Notes: generated from the letters alone by a model not told the origin. A DNA stretch of 64,000 nt from a bacterium (GCA_963662285.2 CAXXMV010000002.1:672001-736000); one strand, 5' to 3'; counted from the stretch's first letter, positions 39,975 to 51,191 are shown. Numbers and translations: made by a program.

Positions 39975-41627
39975 TTCCATTACGGACAATTACGGAAAGT
40001 AATATACCGCTAACTTTGAACCTGGCAGTTCAAAATTCGCGGGGTGGAGACCTCTTTTGCTCCAAATTCTCCACCCCGCAACACAAAAAACTTGATTGAT
40101 AGATGCTTAAGTCTTGCCGTTTCAATTGTTTCCCGGATGTATTGGCTCTTGGCTGCTGAAAACCAGACCGTAGAAACCATTGAGATGACAACATTGAAGA
40201 AACACTCAACCAAGAGTAATGCAAAGATCAGGCAACCGATGATCGCCCAGTGATTTTTCTTCAAAAGCTAAAAAGAAATTGAGGATCAAGAACATGATGA
40301 TCACAAAGACTCAAACATTGCTTTCTGCTTTACGACGATTAATGCATCGTAACTTTCGCATTCGAGCAGGTCGTTTTCTCGCTTATGCATGAATTACAGC
40401 ATCAGCCATAAGCCATATAGCAGGATAGTTCAATAATTATCAGGAGTCTTACAAATGGATACTCGTACGAAACCCATCCCTCTATTTCGATCTTCTTGTG
40501 CGAAGAAGATCGAAGCCAGATGGAATCCAAGGAACTATGGGGTGCGACCTATAATCCACAATACTATTCGATGGGCTTATTTCTTCTTCCTCAGTCCGTG
40601 GAATGGCGTGGAAACTCCCTGGAGACGATGGCATCGTGCTTATCAAATTAGTCATAAATCCGAGAGTGAGAGGAGGGTTCCTGGAAAAGTCTTATTCAGG
40701 CGTCTAAAACAAGGATGTTTGCAAATGATGCCCGGATTTTTCCCTAAACCACAACGGCATGCGCGCTGTTTGGCGAGGCAAGGAGCCTTCCTACTCGACT
40801 CAACTTCCATAAGGGAGTTCGCAAGATTGCAGTGGATCGTTCAGAATGGCTCAAATAAACAAATATTGAAATCACAATAATACTTAAAAATAAATAGGAT
40901 ATTTGAAATACGAAAATCATATATTAACTACTTTAGCCTTACTGATTTTTATGGATTTTGAACAAGACAGAATGATCAGATATGTCAATCACAGTCGAAT
41001 TTCATTATCTGATCCAGGTATGCAGTAAACCGTTTTTTCAACGAGATTAGAAAGACAATTCTCAGTTTAACAACTGAAAAAAATAAAAGTTGTAAGACGT
41101 CAAGGAGGAATTAACCAAGTTCCAGATTACCACATAACCCATCCTCATACCAAATGGCTTTTGGCATGAACCAGGTTGACTCCCTGGGAACAGATGGGAT
41201 AAATGGCCAAAATGGATTCCACCTCAAGAAAAACGGGTTGGGCTGCAAAAGTGGGGTGCTGATGGTTCTCTATATTCAGAACGCATCACCAGAGAGCGGC
41301 AGTCAAAGTATTTTGGATTTAGCGCCGGATTCGTTCAGATTTCCTGGTTAAGGGAATTGTGCGCAATCGCTTAAATACAATGTATTTTGATATTTGCTCT
41401 TACGAACACTACAGCACCCATTAAATGCACCCAATCTACAGCACCCGAATATCAGTTCTTTTCCGGCCACCCACTGGAAAAGAAATGAGGATTATAACCA
41501 ATCCGACTTGTTACATTGAATCAATCCGGGGCGGTTCACTCGACTCCCCGGTTTCAATGCTTCATTGAAGGTTCAAGCGTAATAATGCTGATCGGTTAAA
41601 TCTATATAGTTCTACCCAAACCCCACT

Positions 41628-41647
41628 GTTCGGCACGGATGCCGAAC
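41628..41647 (+). promoter_or_regulatory. CsrA-type GGA hairpin in the second flagellin leader
   Basis: gttcggc-ACGGAT-gccgaac, followed by cacGGAGGaa SD. Confidence 0.65.
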
Positions 41648-41673
41648 CAACCCATTTTCACGGAGGAATAGCC

Positions 41674-44229
41674 ATGAGTATCTCACGAATAGCCAATAAT
41701 GTGTCTGCTATTACGGCAAACACAAACCTGGCCAAAACAGGGAGAGACGTTCAAAAGTCTATTGAACGTTTATCTTCGGGTTTACGTATCAACCGAGCTG
41801 GAGACGACGCCGCTGGTATGACAATAGCAACGCGTCTTCGTTCCCAAGTTCGCGGTCTCGACCGCGCCGTCATGAATGCATCCGACGGTATTAACTTGAT
41901 AAATGTCGCTGAAGGAGCGATGGAAGAAATGACGCTTCGGCTGGATCGGATAAGAGTTCTTGCCATCCAGGCGGCTAACACTGGCGTTAACGATATGCCA
42001 GCGCGTCAGGCGCTGCAGGACGAAGTTTTTCAAAGTATTGACGAGATCACTCGAATCGCCAATACCACCCAGTTTGGCACAAATGTTTTATTGAATGGAG
42101 ATTTCAGCGTTAAGGCTCAGATCAAACCCGGACAGGATGGCGCACAGAATTATGGAATTAATATAGACACCGGCCCCAGTTCCAACACGCTTGAAACTGG
42201 CCAGCATTTTTTGAATATAGTCCAGACTCAAGAATCTACTCAGATGTTTATTGCCGGTAAAGACGATAATGGCGTTACTCATACCATGAATACCGGCGTT
42301 CAAAACCAGTCTGATATCGCCGTTACGTTAGGCCGTTTTTCGAGCACTTTCGGCTTGAATGGAACCGCAGCTGTTACTGGCGACACTCTAGGTACTGGCG
42401 GCTATTTCAACGGCGTTACAATCGTTGATGCTGATTATATAACTTTTGAAGGCGTGCTTTCTGATGGCGTAACCCGCTTCAGTGGAGTTTTAAGCGCTTC
42501 AGCGGCTTCTGTTGTTGGCGTAAGTACTAATGTTAATTCTGATCAGGATCTTTTAGGATTGATTAATAACGCCATCGACCAGGCGGAAATGTCCCTCTTT
42601 GGAGTCCAGAGCACCGCCAGCGTCCCTTCTTCTTTCCGCACAACCGTAACACTGGCTGCTAATACGGGAGATAACCGTGGACGTCTGCTTATGGTCAGTT
42701 CAGATGAAACCATGAATCAATCCAACATGGACATCCGTTTGGTTCGCGGCAGCATGTTAGTTACCCAGGCTCTCGGCGTAACGCGCTCCGGCCCTATCGG
42801 CGCGGGTTCTGTTCTGTCTGGATCAGGCCAGATTGGCAACTCTGTTACTTCTATTACTGGATCAACTTATGCTTCCGGTCAATTCTCTATTGAAGTCGAA
42901 GATGTCCAAGGCGCTGAAAACCGCACGGTTGAAAGCAGCATCGTATTCCGCAATCGAGCGGGCGCTTTAATTGGCCGCAATGCCATTATGGCTGATGTTA
43001 ATAGTGGATTATTCCTCAATGGAACATTTGTTGACGGCGTTTATACCGGTGGAGTTTCCATACATGATGGCGACACTGTTACTCTACGCGGCATGGAAGC
43101 TGATGGAACTACCTTTGAAGGGGTCTATTCATTCAGTATTGCCGCCGCCACAGATGCAGATTTAACTGATTTCCAATTCGCCAGTGTATCCGGTCTAATT
43201 GCTGAATTAAACCACCGCACCAGAGATTACGGCGTGGCTGCTGAAGATGGCAATCTGACCCGGTTTGAATCAGCCGTCTTTACTATGACAGCTGATGGAA
43301 GATTGCGTCTTATCGATGACTTGGGGCGTAATGATTCCAAACTTAATTTCACTCTGATCTTCAACGACAGCGACTCTGCTGCTACCAGTCCGTTCACTTT
43401 AACTGATGACGCTATCTTGCAACGGGAAGGATTCGCCGAATCAGCAACCATTCGTATCAATGGCGGCCCGCCCATACGTGCAGAGGCCGGTGAAGTAATC
43501 CATTATATTGGCGATGAACCGACTATACCTGGTGATGTTCGCGATGAAGTGGTTTTCCGTCTTGGTTCTAATCTGTCGGTAGGACAGGATATTCTCGAAG
43601 CGACAGCCGCTGAATATGTTGGCCGGTTGAATGGCGGTCCTGCTGTCACCTTCCAAAACGGCGCCCAAGATGTAACGTTTATCGACAACGGTAGTTTTAA
43701 TGAGGGTGTAGCAAAGTTGCTAACTGTGGATTTTGATGCCATCCTGGATATTACTTCTACGCAAGACAGTTTGCCTGATCCGGGAACTACATTGATTATT
43801 TCAACTACTAATCGGTCTTTGAACTTCCAGATCGGCGCGTTCTCAGGCGAAAACTTCCGCACTAGTATTGGTGATCTGTCTTCACAGAACCTTGGCTTTG
43901 GAAAAGGCAGTGGACGCACTATCGAAAATATCGACGTTACTACCTTCGAAGGCGCCAATGAAGCTTTGGCTATCGTTGATGAGGCATTGGATCAGATCAA
44001 CCGCACCCGATCGCTACTCGGCGCTGCGACTAACCGGCTCGACGCCACTATCGCTAACTTGAGCGTGGCATCGGAAAATTTATTGACGGCTGAATCCAGG
44101 CTTCGCGATGCGGACTTCGCCCGTGAAACCTCGATCTTCACGCAGAATCAGGTATTGCTACAGGCCGGAACATCAGTGTTGGCGCAGGCCAACTTTTTAC
44201 CGCAAAATTTCCTCTCGCTTCTCGGATAA
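41674..44229 (+). CDS. fliC: Giant flagellin (851 aa), paralog
   Basis: ERLSSGLRINRAGDDAAG; RSLLGAATNRLD...SRLRDADFA...QANFLPQNFLSLLG. Confidence 0.95.
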   Translation: MSISRIANNVSAITANTNLAKTGRDVQKSIERLSSGLRINRAGDDAAGMTIATRLRSQVRGLDRAVMNASDGINLINVAEGAMEEMTLRLDRIRVLAIQAANTGVNDMPARQALQDEVFQSIDEITRIANTTQFGTNVLLNGDFSVKAQIKPGQDGAQNYGINIDTGPSSNTLETGQHFLNIVQTQESTQMFIAGKDDNGVTHTMNTGVQNQSDIAVTLGRFSSTFGLNGTAAVTGDTLGTGGYFNGVTIVDADYITFEGVLSDGVTRFSGVLSASAASVVGVSTNVNSDQDLLGLINNAIDQAEMSLFGVQSTASVPSSFRTTVTLAANTGDNRGRLLMVSSDETMNQSNMDIRLVRGSMLVTQALGVTRSGPIGAGSVLSGSGQIGNSVTSITGSTYASGQFSIEVEDVQGAENRTVESSIVFRNRAGALIGRNAIMADVNSGLFLNGTFVDGVYTGGVSIHDGDTVTLRGMEADGTTFEGVYSFSIAAATDADLTDFQFASVSGLIAELNHRTRDYGVAAEDGNLTRFESAVFTMTADGRLRLIDDLGRNDSKLNFTLIFNDSDSAATSPFTLTDDAILQREGFAESATIRINGGPPIRAEAGEVIHYIGDEPTIPGDVRDEVVFRLGSNLSVGQDILEATAAEYVGRLNGGPAVTFQNGAQDVTFIDNGSFNEGVAKLLTVDFDAILDITSTQDSLPDPGTTLIISTTNRSLNFQIGAFSGENFRTSIGDLSSQNLGFGKGSGRTIENIDVTTFEGANEALAIVDEALDQINRTRSLLGAATNRLDATIANLSVASENLLTAESRLRDADFARETSIFTQNQVLLQAGTSVLAQANFLPQNFLSLLG

Positions 44230-44433
44230 TTATAAGGTTCTTATGGAACCGATCTTTTGAAGAAGAATGGAACGAGAGGAAAAAAACAGCTGGACTTGGC
44301 GGTTCTCCCTGGTTCGATCCCATTGTGAGAATCGCTTTAGCGATTGCCAAGCGTCTATACTGATAAAAAAAACAAAACTATTGTACTATCACTAGTATAA
44401 CTTTATATTGACAATCGCTCTCACTAGGCTTAT

Positions 44434-45693
44434 TTGGAGAAGAAAAGAATGAATGATATTCATTGTCCAGTCTGTCAAAGCATCAACCATCAGGATTTTT
44501 GGTATTGGGAAAAAGAAGATAAGCTATTGCGCATGTGGGCTATGGATACGCGCATGTATTTCTCCATCTGCCGCGATTGCTCAACCATTTTCCAAAATCC
44601 TCTCGTCCCATCTTCTTCGGATGATTCATCTTTCTCCGTCTGGGAAGACTCCGATGGAGATAAGTTATCAAACAAAGAACCACTTGAATGGATGCGGCAA
44701 TTTTCTGGTTTTGGCAAAGAACCAGTCCGCGCTCTTGAAATTTACGCTAATAAGCCTTTCTTTGAAGATACATTAAAAGAAGAAGGGTGGGATATTAAAG
44801 CGATTTCGATCCAATCTTTAAGCGATTTCGATCAGAACAGTGATGATGATTCTTCAGCATCTCCCCTGGAAGAAGGAGAAGATTTCAACCTTATATTCTG
44901 CTATAACTCGTTGGAGAAATCTACCCGGCCAGTTATGGTGCTCGATAAAATTCACGACCATCTTAAAAAAGATGGCGGCTTATTTGTGGAAGTGGCCAAT
45001 CCCAATGTTGCGCCCCGTGTGGATAAAATATGTCTTACCAGCGATGATGTTTGCGTTTTCCCGTTTCAATCATTAATCTTTGCGCTTTATAAAGCTGGTT
45101 TTACTAACCAGTCCGCTGAAGTTACCGGGAAAAATCGTTGCTTCTGCACCAAAATCGATAAAAATTCTGATGCCGATGCAACTAAACTGGTGTCAAACAA
45201 TCATTGGTCTCATGTAATATACCGATTCCAGAGAAATTATTATTGGGCATGGACCGCCAGTTTCCTTAAGAAGTACCTGGTTCAATCACAAACACAACCC
45301 GGTTTTTTAGATCAAACCCGCGCATTGCTGCGTCAACGTTCCGATGACCTGGCGGTTATTCGTGATGTATGTGGGGCCACATTGCTCTTTGTCCAAGAGA
45401 TTGATACTGTTAGACAGACTATAGACAGCGACTGGAATGTGACTATGGCGCGAATTTTTGAGATATTTGGAAAGGATTACGGTTTATATGATCTCCTGCA
45501 AACTGCCAATGAAATGCAACTGCTTGGCACTCTCCCCGATAATGAACGCTATTTCTATAACGAAAAAGTTGTATTTATGACTACATCCAATTACTTCGAA
45601 AAATACTTCACCAAGGATGAAGCCACTCAACTTTGTCAGTCGATAATCCAATCAGGCGAGATTGCCTGCAAAACCTTAAGTTCTTTCCTGTAA
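44434..45693 (+). CDS. Zinc-ribbon plus degenerate methyltransferase-fold protein (start probably 44449)
   Basis: CPVC...CRDC; FNLIFCYNSLEK...P...L..IHDHLKKDGGLFVEV resembles class I MTase motifs, but motif I is ALEIYANKP with no GxG. Confidence 0.6.
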   Translation: MEKKRMNDIHCPVCQSINHQDFWYWEKEDKLLRMWAMDTRMYFSICRDCSTIFQNPLVPSSSDDSSFSVWEDSDGDKLSNKEPLEWMRQFSGFGKEPVRALEIYANKPFFEDTLKEEGWDIKAISIQSLSDFDQNSDDDSSASPLEEGEDFNLIFCYNSLEKSTRPVMVLDKIHDHLKKDGGLFVEVANPNVAPRVDKICLTSDDVCVFPFQSLIFALYKAGFTNQSAEVTGKNRCFCTKIDKNSDADATKLVSNNHWSHVIYRFQRNYYWAWTASFLKKYLVQSQTQPGFLDQTRALLRQRSDDLAVIRDVCGATLLFVQEIDTVRQTIDSDWNVTMARIFEIFGKDYGLYDLLQTANEMQLLGTLPDNERYFYNEKVVFMTTSNYFEKYFTKDEATQLCQSIIQSGEIACKTLSSFL

Positions 45694-45869
45694 TATAATT
45701 CTAGATCGATTGTCAAGAACATGTTCGTTTACTCTTATGTTTGGTCTTCGTAGAAGCCAATCCTTTCTTATTTCTACGAATCGCCCATCCGGGCGTTACT
45801 ACGACAATAACTCAAATTATCATGTTAGAATCGCTCTAATCAAAATACTGCATAATAAGTATATTGTCT

Positions 45870-45920
45870 TGTAGTTAATCCAGCTACAAATAATACAAAA
45901 GTGTAACTATACCGATTACA
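45870..45920. promoter_or_regulatory. Tandem palindromes TGTAR-N9-YTACA, putative sigma54 enhancer
   Basis: tgtag-N9-ctaca (45870-45888) and tgtaa-N9-ttaca (45902-45920); degenerate homologue at 50896-50944. Confidence 0.6.
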
Positions 45921-46164
45921 CAGCATTTTTTGTATTGTGTTCATAAAGCGTAATTTAATTAATAATTTTTTTTATTATTAATTAAATGTAATTTATGTGA
46001 CTACTAATATATAAGTATGTCTTGAAGATCAATTCTATCAGGTTCTTACAAATCTGTTACCCGCTACTTAATTATATCGATTTACTCCCATTATATTTGT
46101 TATCAGTTGCAATATCTATCTATTTGATGCGGTGTCTTTGTTTTGACATGTCATGTGAATTTGT

Positions 46165-46180
46165 TGGCACAGTATATGCG
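46165..46180 (+). promoter_or_regulatory. Sigma54 -24/-12 promoter
   Basis: TGGCAC-AGTAT-ATGCG. Confidence 0.7.
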
Positions 46181-46678
46181 AAATGCCTTATGCATATAGT
46201 AGTAACAGTGATTTATTTATAAACCCGGTTCGGCAAACCGCAAAAAAAATACGATCATTTAGTGTGGAAAACCGTGTATGAGATCAATAGACCAATTGTA
46301 ATATTAGGGCGCTTCTCAAAATAACATGCATCAATGGGGTTTTAAAAATCCCAAAAGATGGATGTCTTGGTTTATATGCTAATGTAAGTGGAGAGCAAAA
46401 ATCATTATGCTTGGAAATAATAATTCGTTGGATAATGTGTGTTTAAGAAAAACAGTATTGTGGATTGCAATTGCAATACTGTTACCACTAGGTTTTTCGC
46501 CAATGGCTTTCGGCTCCGATCACGACTTTGAACTGTGGACCTGGGAAATATTCTGGATCAATTTGTCTGATCTGGGATTACCTGACAACACGAATCTCTA
46601 CCTGGAAAATGCGAATCGGTTTGACCAAGATGTCTTCCGTATGTTTCAGTTTCATCAGAGAGTCGGAATTAAATTTGA

Positions 46679-48069
46679 GCCTCTTCAAAAAAATCTGTGG
46701 GTGAAATTTGGTTCTGGTAAATCGCCAAGTGTATGATATAAGGCGATTTCCAGCGCTTTGTAGGTTCGAAAACCGTACGCCATTTTGGTAGTCACTTTGG
46801 CCTTGTTGTTTAAGCCTTCCACCACTCCAGAAGAAAACTCCTTTTTCGCCCGAAACCAGTTCAAAATCAGTTCGCGATGGTTGCGCAGCATCTTGGCCAC
46901 TTTCTTCATTGGTTCGATTCGCGAGCGCATGGTTTTAGTACACCACTGATCCATGAAGCGTCCAGCCCACCATGCTGATTTATATTCCCAGAAAAATTGA
47001 AATTCCTCTTTGAGAAGATAACTTCTCACCGTGCGCAGATTATATCGAACCACGTTGGCTAATTTATCGACCTGCTTGACTGTCAAATTATCCGGGCGTT
47101 TCAGAAACCACCAGCGACTTCCTTTTAATACCGGTTCTAATCCCTTGGCCTTCAATTCACGGGATTCTCCAGCGCGGACTTGATCTATGGCTTTGTTCAT
47201 ATGAGCCATGATGTGAAACCGATCCAATACATTCAGCGCGCTTTTGGCTTTTTTGCGAATGACTTTGAGATAAGCTTTCCACATATCACTGCACACAAAT
47301 TCCAATTTTTTTGAACGCTCTTCCCCGAACCATCTGAAGAATTTCAACAGTGTTTTGATCTTTCTTTTTTCCCCGATCCACAGCAGCCGTTTGCAATTCT
47401 CATTGATTTGATATACCACTGTCACATACTGATGGCCGCCGCCCCATTGCATTTCATCGATTCCAATGGCGGTGATTCCTTCCAGGTTCACATGCTGGCG
47501 GCCCCATTCTACCGCCCGTTCAACCGAATGAAAAACATTGTACCAACTTGTTTGAAATGCTTCCGCCACTTGGCTCCAACTCATCCGCTTGGCCCAGCTC
47601 GCCAAGAACCATTGATAGATATGCGTTAATTCATGTTTACCATCGGCCCAAGGTACCTTTTCAACTTTCACTCCACAGCGGTGACAATTCACGCGGCGCA
47701 TGGCATAGATCAGGAATACGGTTAATCCCCATATCGGGATAAACTCAAATCGGCGCGCATCTAATCTGTCATAACCTGATCCTTTTTCTCCGCAGCATGA
47801 ACATATCGGGCGGCTTTTGACATGAGCACGGACTTTTACCTCTATGGATGTTTTACCATTCCATTCACCAAATTTGCTAGAAGCATATACATACCCCTTG
47901 ATTTTATGAACACGATTGAGGATTCTAATGACATCCATCCGGTTTCCTCCTGGTTGATGATTTTTCGCTGATTTCATTCTTTCAGGATAAGAGACCGGAT
48001 GTCTTTTTTATACCTCTACTATTCGAAGTATTTTTGCTATCATTCACCCACAGATTTCTTTATAGAACC
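46679..48069 (-). mobile_element. ISL3-family insertion sequence (1391 bp), 27-bp imperfect IRs, 8-bp TSD AAATTTGA
   Basis: Left end gcctcttcaaaaaaatctgtgggtgaa; right end (reverse complement) ggttctataaagaaatctgtgggtgaa; TSD at 46671-46678 and 48070-48077. Confidence 0.95.
46685..47977 (-). CDS. ISL3-family transposase
   Basis: Zinc-finger CSCC/CHRC, IGIDE, SDMWKAY, LDRFH, EGLNNKAK..AYGFR. Confidence 0.95.
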   Translation of the reverse strand: MKSAKNHQPGGNRMDVIRILNRVHKIKGYVYASSKFGEWNGKTSIEVKVRAHVKSRPICSCCGEKGSGYDRLDARRFEFIPIWGLTVFLIYAMRRVNCHRCGVKVEKVPWADGKHELTHIYQWFLASWAKRMSWSQVAEAFQTSWYNVFHSVERAVEWGRQHVNLEGITAIGIDEMQWGGGHQYVTVVYQINENCKRLLWIGEKRKIKTLLKFFRWFGEERSKKLEFVCSDMWKAYLKVIRKKAKSALNVLDRFHIMAHMNKAIDQVRAGESRELKAKGLEPVLKGSRWWFLKRPDNLTVKQVDKLANVVRYNLRTVRSYLLKEEFQFFWEYKSAWWAGRFMDQWCTKTMRSRIEPMKKVAKMLRNHRELILNWFRAKKEFSSGVVEGLNNKAKVTTKMAYGFRTYKALEIALYHTLGDLPEPNFTHRFF

Positions 48070-48586
48070 AAATTTGATATTCCCTGGTTTGAGGGATGGT
48101 CAATTATGCCGGTTTGGCAGCATGTAGATTATGAACCCGGCGCCAATGAAGAACGTTATCATTTCGATCTGGGCTACGCGCGCAAAAATATCTTTGATTC
48201 AGGATGGTCATTCAAATTCCAGTGTCGTATGGACTTGCGAGACCTGGAAGATAAAGACGATATTTCCGAACGTTTCCGTCCCAAAATTTCTTTCAGTCAT
48301 CCATTGCCAATCAATATCTCTGGACGTCCAATCAAGATGTATTTTTCAAATGAATTCAACTATGACTCGGTGGTGGATAAATTTAATCGTCATCGTTTTG
48401 GCGCAGGTTTTAACATTCCTTTGAACAGCGTAATGACTTGGGAAATAGGATATCAGATAGAAACTAATCGGCTCAAGAATAACTCATGGGATTCGGACAG
48501 TATGCTGATGACTGGCTTTAATTTCCGCTTCTAGAAGCGGATTGATTTCTTGAAATTTAATACCAATTAACCAAAGGAGAATTGAA

Positions 48587-50665
48587 ATGAGTTGGAAGAA
48601 TCTATCAGTTAGCAGAAAAATCAGTATAGGCTTTGGGCTTCTAATCGCAATCTCAATCGTGGTGGGATATGTTGGATATAACGGACTGAAGAATGTCGTT
48701 CACCGTATAGGGACGGCCGACGATGGCAACCGTATCCTCAAATACAGTTTGAATGCCAGGCGGCAAGAAAAAAATTACATGCTTCGAAAGGATGAAACCT
48801 CAAAAAGCGCACATGCAAAATTAATCCAAGATATTTACGCCCAAATAAAAGAGACTCAGGCTAAATTTAAACAGCAAGTAAATATCGATCAGATGATCGC
48901 AGTAAAAGCGGAAACCGAAAAGTACGAAAAGGCTTTTGCTTCCTGGGTGGATCTGCGTGAACAACAAATTTTGTTGGAACAGACGATGGTTACCAATGCG
49001 CGCGCCTTTATAGAAGAATGTGAAAATATACGTCAGGATCAAAAGGCCAAACTCGCTCAGGAACAGAACGATACGGTAGAAGTGCGCACGGATCGCCTAT
49101 GGAAAGCCGACGCCGCCAACCGGCTTATCAAATTCGCATTGGAGATGCGCCGCGATGAAAAAAACTTCATGCTGCGGTCTGATAAAGATTCTCTTGATAA
49201 AGTTGAATCCAAGTTTAATGAAACGCTCGTACTTTGTGATGATCTTAACAACCGTTTTAAGGATCAAACTAATAAAAATCAATTGGCTAAAGTTAAAACT
49301 GCGGCGCAACAATATAAAACAGCCTTTGATTCATGGGTTTTCGCCAATGATAAAAAATTGATCGAAGACAATGTGATGGTGGATTCCGCTAGAACCTTGG
49401 AGCAAGAATGTGAAGCCCTTCGCGCAGACCAAAAAATAAAAATGGAAAACGCTATCAGCTCGGCAAACCTAATTTCATTGTTATTTATCTTATCGACGAT
49501 TATTATTGGAATTGTATTAGGTTTTATTATTACCCGAGCAATAACAAAACCATTGTTATTAGGCGTCGAAGCCGCTCAACGCGTAGCGGAAGGGGATTTA
49601 ACTGTTAAGATTGACGTTGATTCCACAGACGAGATTGGCGTATTGGCCAGTGCTTTGAATCAAATGATTGATAAGACAAGTGAAGTTATCAGCGGTATCC
49701 AACAAGCCGCGGAACAGGTGTCATCCGGTTCAGAAGAATTATCCGCCGCTTCCCAGAATCTAGCTAATGCCGCAACCGAACAGGCCGCCAGCATCGAAGA
49801 GACTTCCGCTTCAATAGAACAGCTTTCATCCTCTATCGAACAAAATGCCCAAAACGCGAAAGCTACGGATAATCAAGTCAATCAAGCCGCCCAAATGTCA
49901 GTGGAATCATTGAATATCGCTCAAAAGGGAATCGAGCAGGTGCAGGCGTTGGGTCTGTCGATGAAAGAGATACAGGATAGTTCCGCAGAGATTGTTAATG
50001 TTATTGACCTGATCACCGACATCGCCGATCAGACTAATTTACTGGCGCTCAATGCAGCCATTGAAGCGGCTCGTGCGGGTGAAGCGGGTAAAGGATTCGC
50101 AGTAGTGGCCGTGGAGGTGCGCAAACTGGCTGAACGCAGCCAGATTGCAGCCAAAGACATCGCCGGGAAAATTGAGAAATCCAGTCAGAGTATTGAGGAA
50201 GGCAGCCGTATGGCTATTGCATCTAACAAAGGATTATCGGCGATCCAAAAGAGCGCTACTGATGTCGCAGAAGCGTTGAATGAAGCATCCCGACTCGTCC
50301 GTGAAATATCCGATTCCAGCCTCGAACAATCAAACGGCGCCAACCAAATTCAAACTGCTATTCAGCAACTCGATCAGGTGACGCAGCAAAATTCTTCCAC
50401 TAGTGAAGAGACGGCCTCATCAAGCGAAGAACTTTCTGCTCAAGCGCAATCTTTGCAAGAACTGGTTAATCAATTCAAGATCAATCGTGATGGTACGCCA
50501 TCAACACAAAGAAAACCTTACAGCGCTCATCCTGTAATTCGTCCTGAAAAGCGATTGGGATATACAAAATCCACTGCTGACTCGTGGGATAATCACACAG
50601 AAGAAGAATGTCATTCTAATAGAATGAAGAGTGAAAAAGAAAACATAGAATTTCAAGAATTTTAG
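48587..50665 (+). CDS. Methyl-accepting chemotaxis protein with HBM-like periplasmic sensor
   Basis: TM, duplicated RRxEKN[YF]MLR sensor, [36 protein letters not shown]; C-terminal EFQEF. Confidence 0.95.
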   Translation: MSWKNLSVSRKISIGFGLLIAISIVVGYVGYNGLKNVVHRIGTADDGNRILKYSLNARRQEKNYMLRKDETSKSAHAKLIQDIYAQIKETQAKFKQQVNIDQMIAVKAETEKYEKAFASWVDLREQQILLEQTMVTNARAFIEECENIRQDQKAKLAQEQNDTVEVRTDRLWKADAANRLIKFALEMRRDEKNFMLRSDKDSLDKVESKFNETLVLCDDLNNRFKDQTNKNQLAKVKTAAQQYKTAFDSWVFANDKKLIEDNVMVDSARTLEQECEALRADQKIKMENAISSANLISLLFILSTIIIGIVLGFIITRAITKPLLLGVEAAQRVAEGDLTVKIDVDSTDEIGVLASALNQMIDKTSEVISGIQQAAEQVSSGSEELSAASQNLANAATEQAASIEETSASIEQLSSSIEQNAQNAKATDNQVNQAAQMSVESLNIAQKGIEQVQALGLSMKEIQDSSAEIVNVIDLITDIADQTNLLALNAAIEAARAGEAGKGFAVVAVEVRKLAERSQIAAKDIAGKIEKSSQSIEEGSRMAIASNKGLSAIQKSATDVAEALNEASRLVREISDSSLEQSNGANQIQTAIQQLDQVTQQNSSTSEETASSSEELSAQAQSLQELVNQFKINRDGTPSTQRKPYSAHPVIRPEKRLGYTKSTADSWDNHTEEECHSNRMKSEKENIEFQEF

Positions 50666-50687
50666 ATTTAATTCGTAACCCAATAGC

Positions 50688-50726
50688 AAGCCCCTCTTTT
50701 GATCTCCAAAAAGAGGGGCTTTTTTT
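50688..50726 (+). terminator. Rho-independent terminator
   Basis: aagcccctctttt...aaaagaggggct followed by a T-run. Confidence 0.85.
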
Positions 50727-50895
50727 GTCTGTTTATTCATATAAAAGTGGTTAACCTATTAAGGATATTTTTTCGACAGTTAGATGTGATAATAAAAGAA
50801 TTTCAGGAACGCTCTAGTAAATGAAATAGTAAATCATTGCAAGATGAGTCAAGATACAGCATTTAACATATAAACTTTTATTATTGTGAATATTT

Positions 50896-50944
50896 TTTAG
50901 CATTAACAGTTACAGAAATAAAAACTGTGACTATTACGATTACT
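50896..50944. promoter_or_regulatory. Degenerate tandem enhancer, homologue of 45870-45920
   Basis: tttag-cattaacag-ttaca and tgtga-ctattacga-ttact. Confidence 0.5.
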
Positions 50945-51191
50945 TTCAAACATGCATTATAGAGAGTTTATATCGTCATAATATTAATAAAATATAATTT
51001 TATTAATATTAGTTTCATGAACGGGAAATAATTTAACTTCATTAAGCATAACATTATTGATATAAATAAGTTAACTAAATAATTTATATATTACGCAATA
51101 ATAAGTAATCCATATTCCAAATATGTAACAAGCTGCATAAAGTCACATGGCTAACCGATTGATATCTCTCTGATTTTAAATATGCATTTGT

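Larger units (their letters stand above)
46407..48534 (+). pseudogene. Outer-membrane beta-barrel (DUF2490-like) gene interrupted by ISL3
   Basis: Removing the IS and one TSD copy joins 46407-46678 to 48078-48534 in frame (QRVGIKF|DIPWFEG): 242 aa, signal peptide, C-terminal FNFRF. Confidence 0.85.

Noticed and set aside
40455-40880. 141-aa ORF between the flagellins
   Set aside because: Arg/Trp-rich, atypical composition; an overlapping broken frame looks more protein-like, so it is not called as a gene.
41480-41610. Sigma28 promoter for flagellin 2
   Set aside because: Only weak or mis-spaced matches; cannot be supported.
46225-46290. c-di-GMP-I riboswitch (GGCAAACC) in the barrel/MCP leader
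   Set aside because: The GNRA-capped P2 and the following GACGCAAAGC segment are missing.
48034-48534. Independent 166-aa gene (and a 109-aa gene at 46407..46736)
   Set aside because: Both are halves of one gene read into or out of the IS ends.
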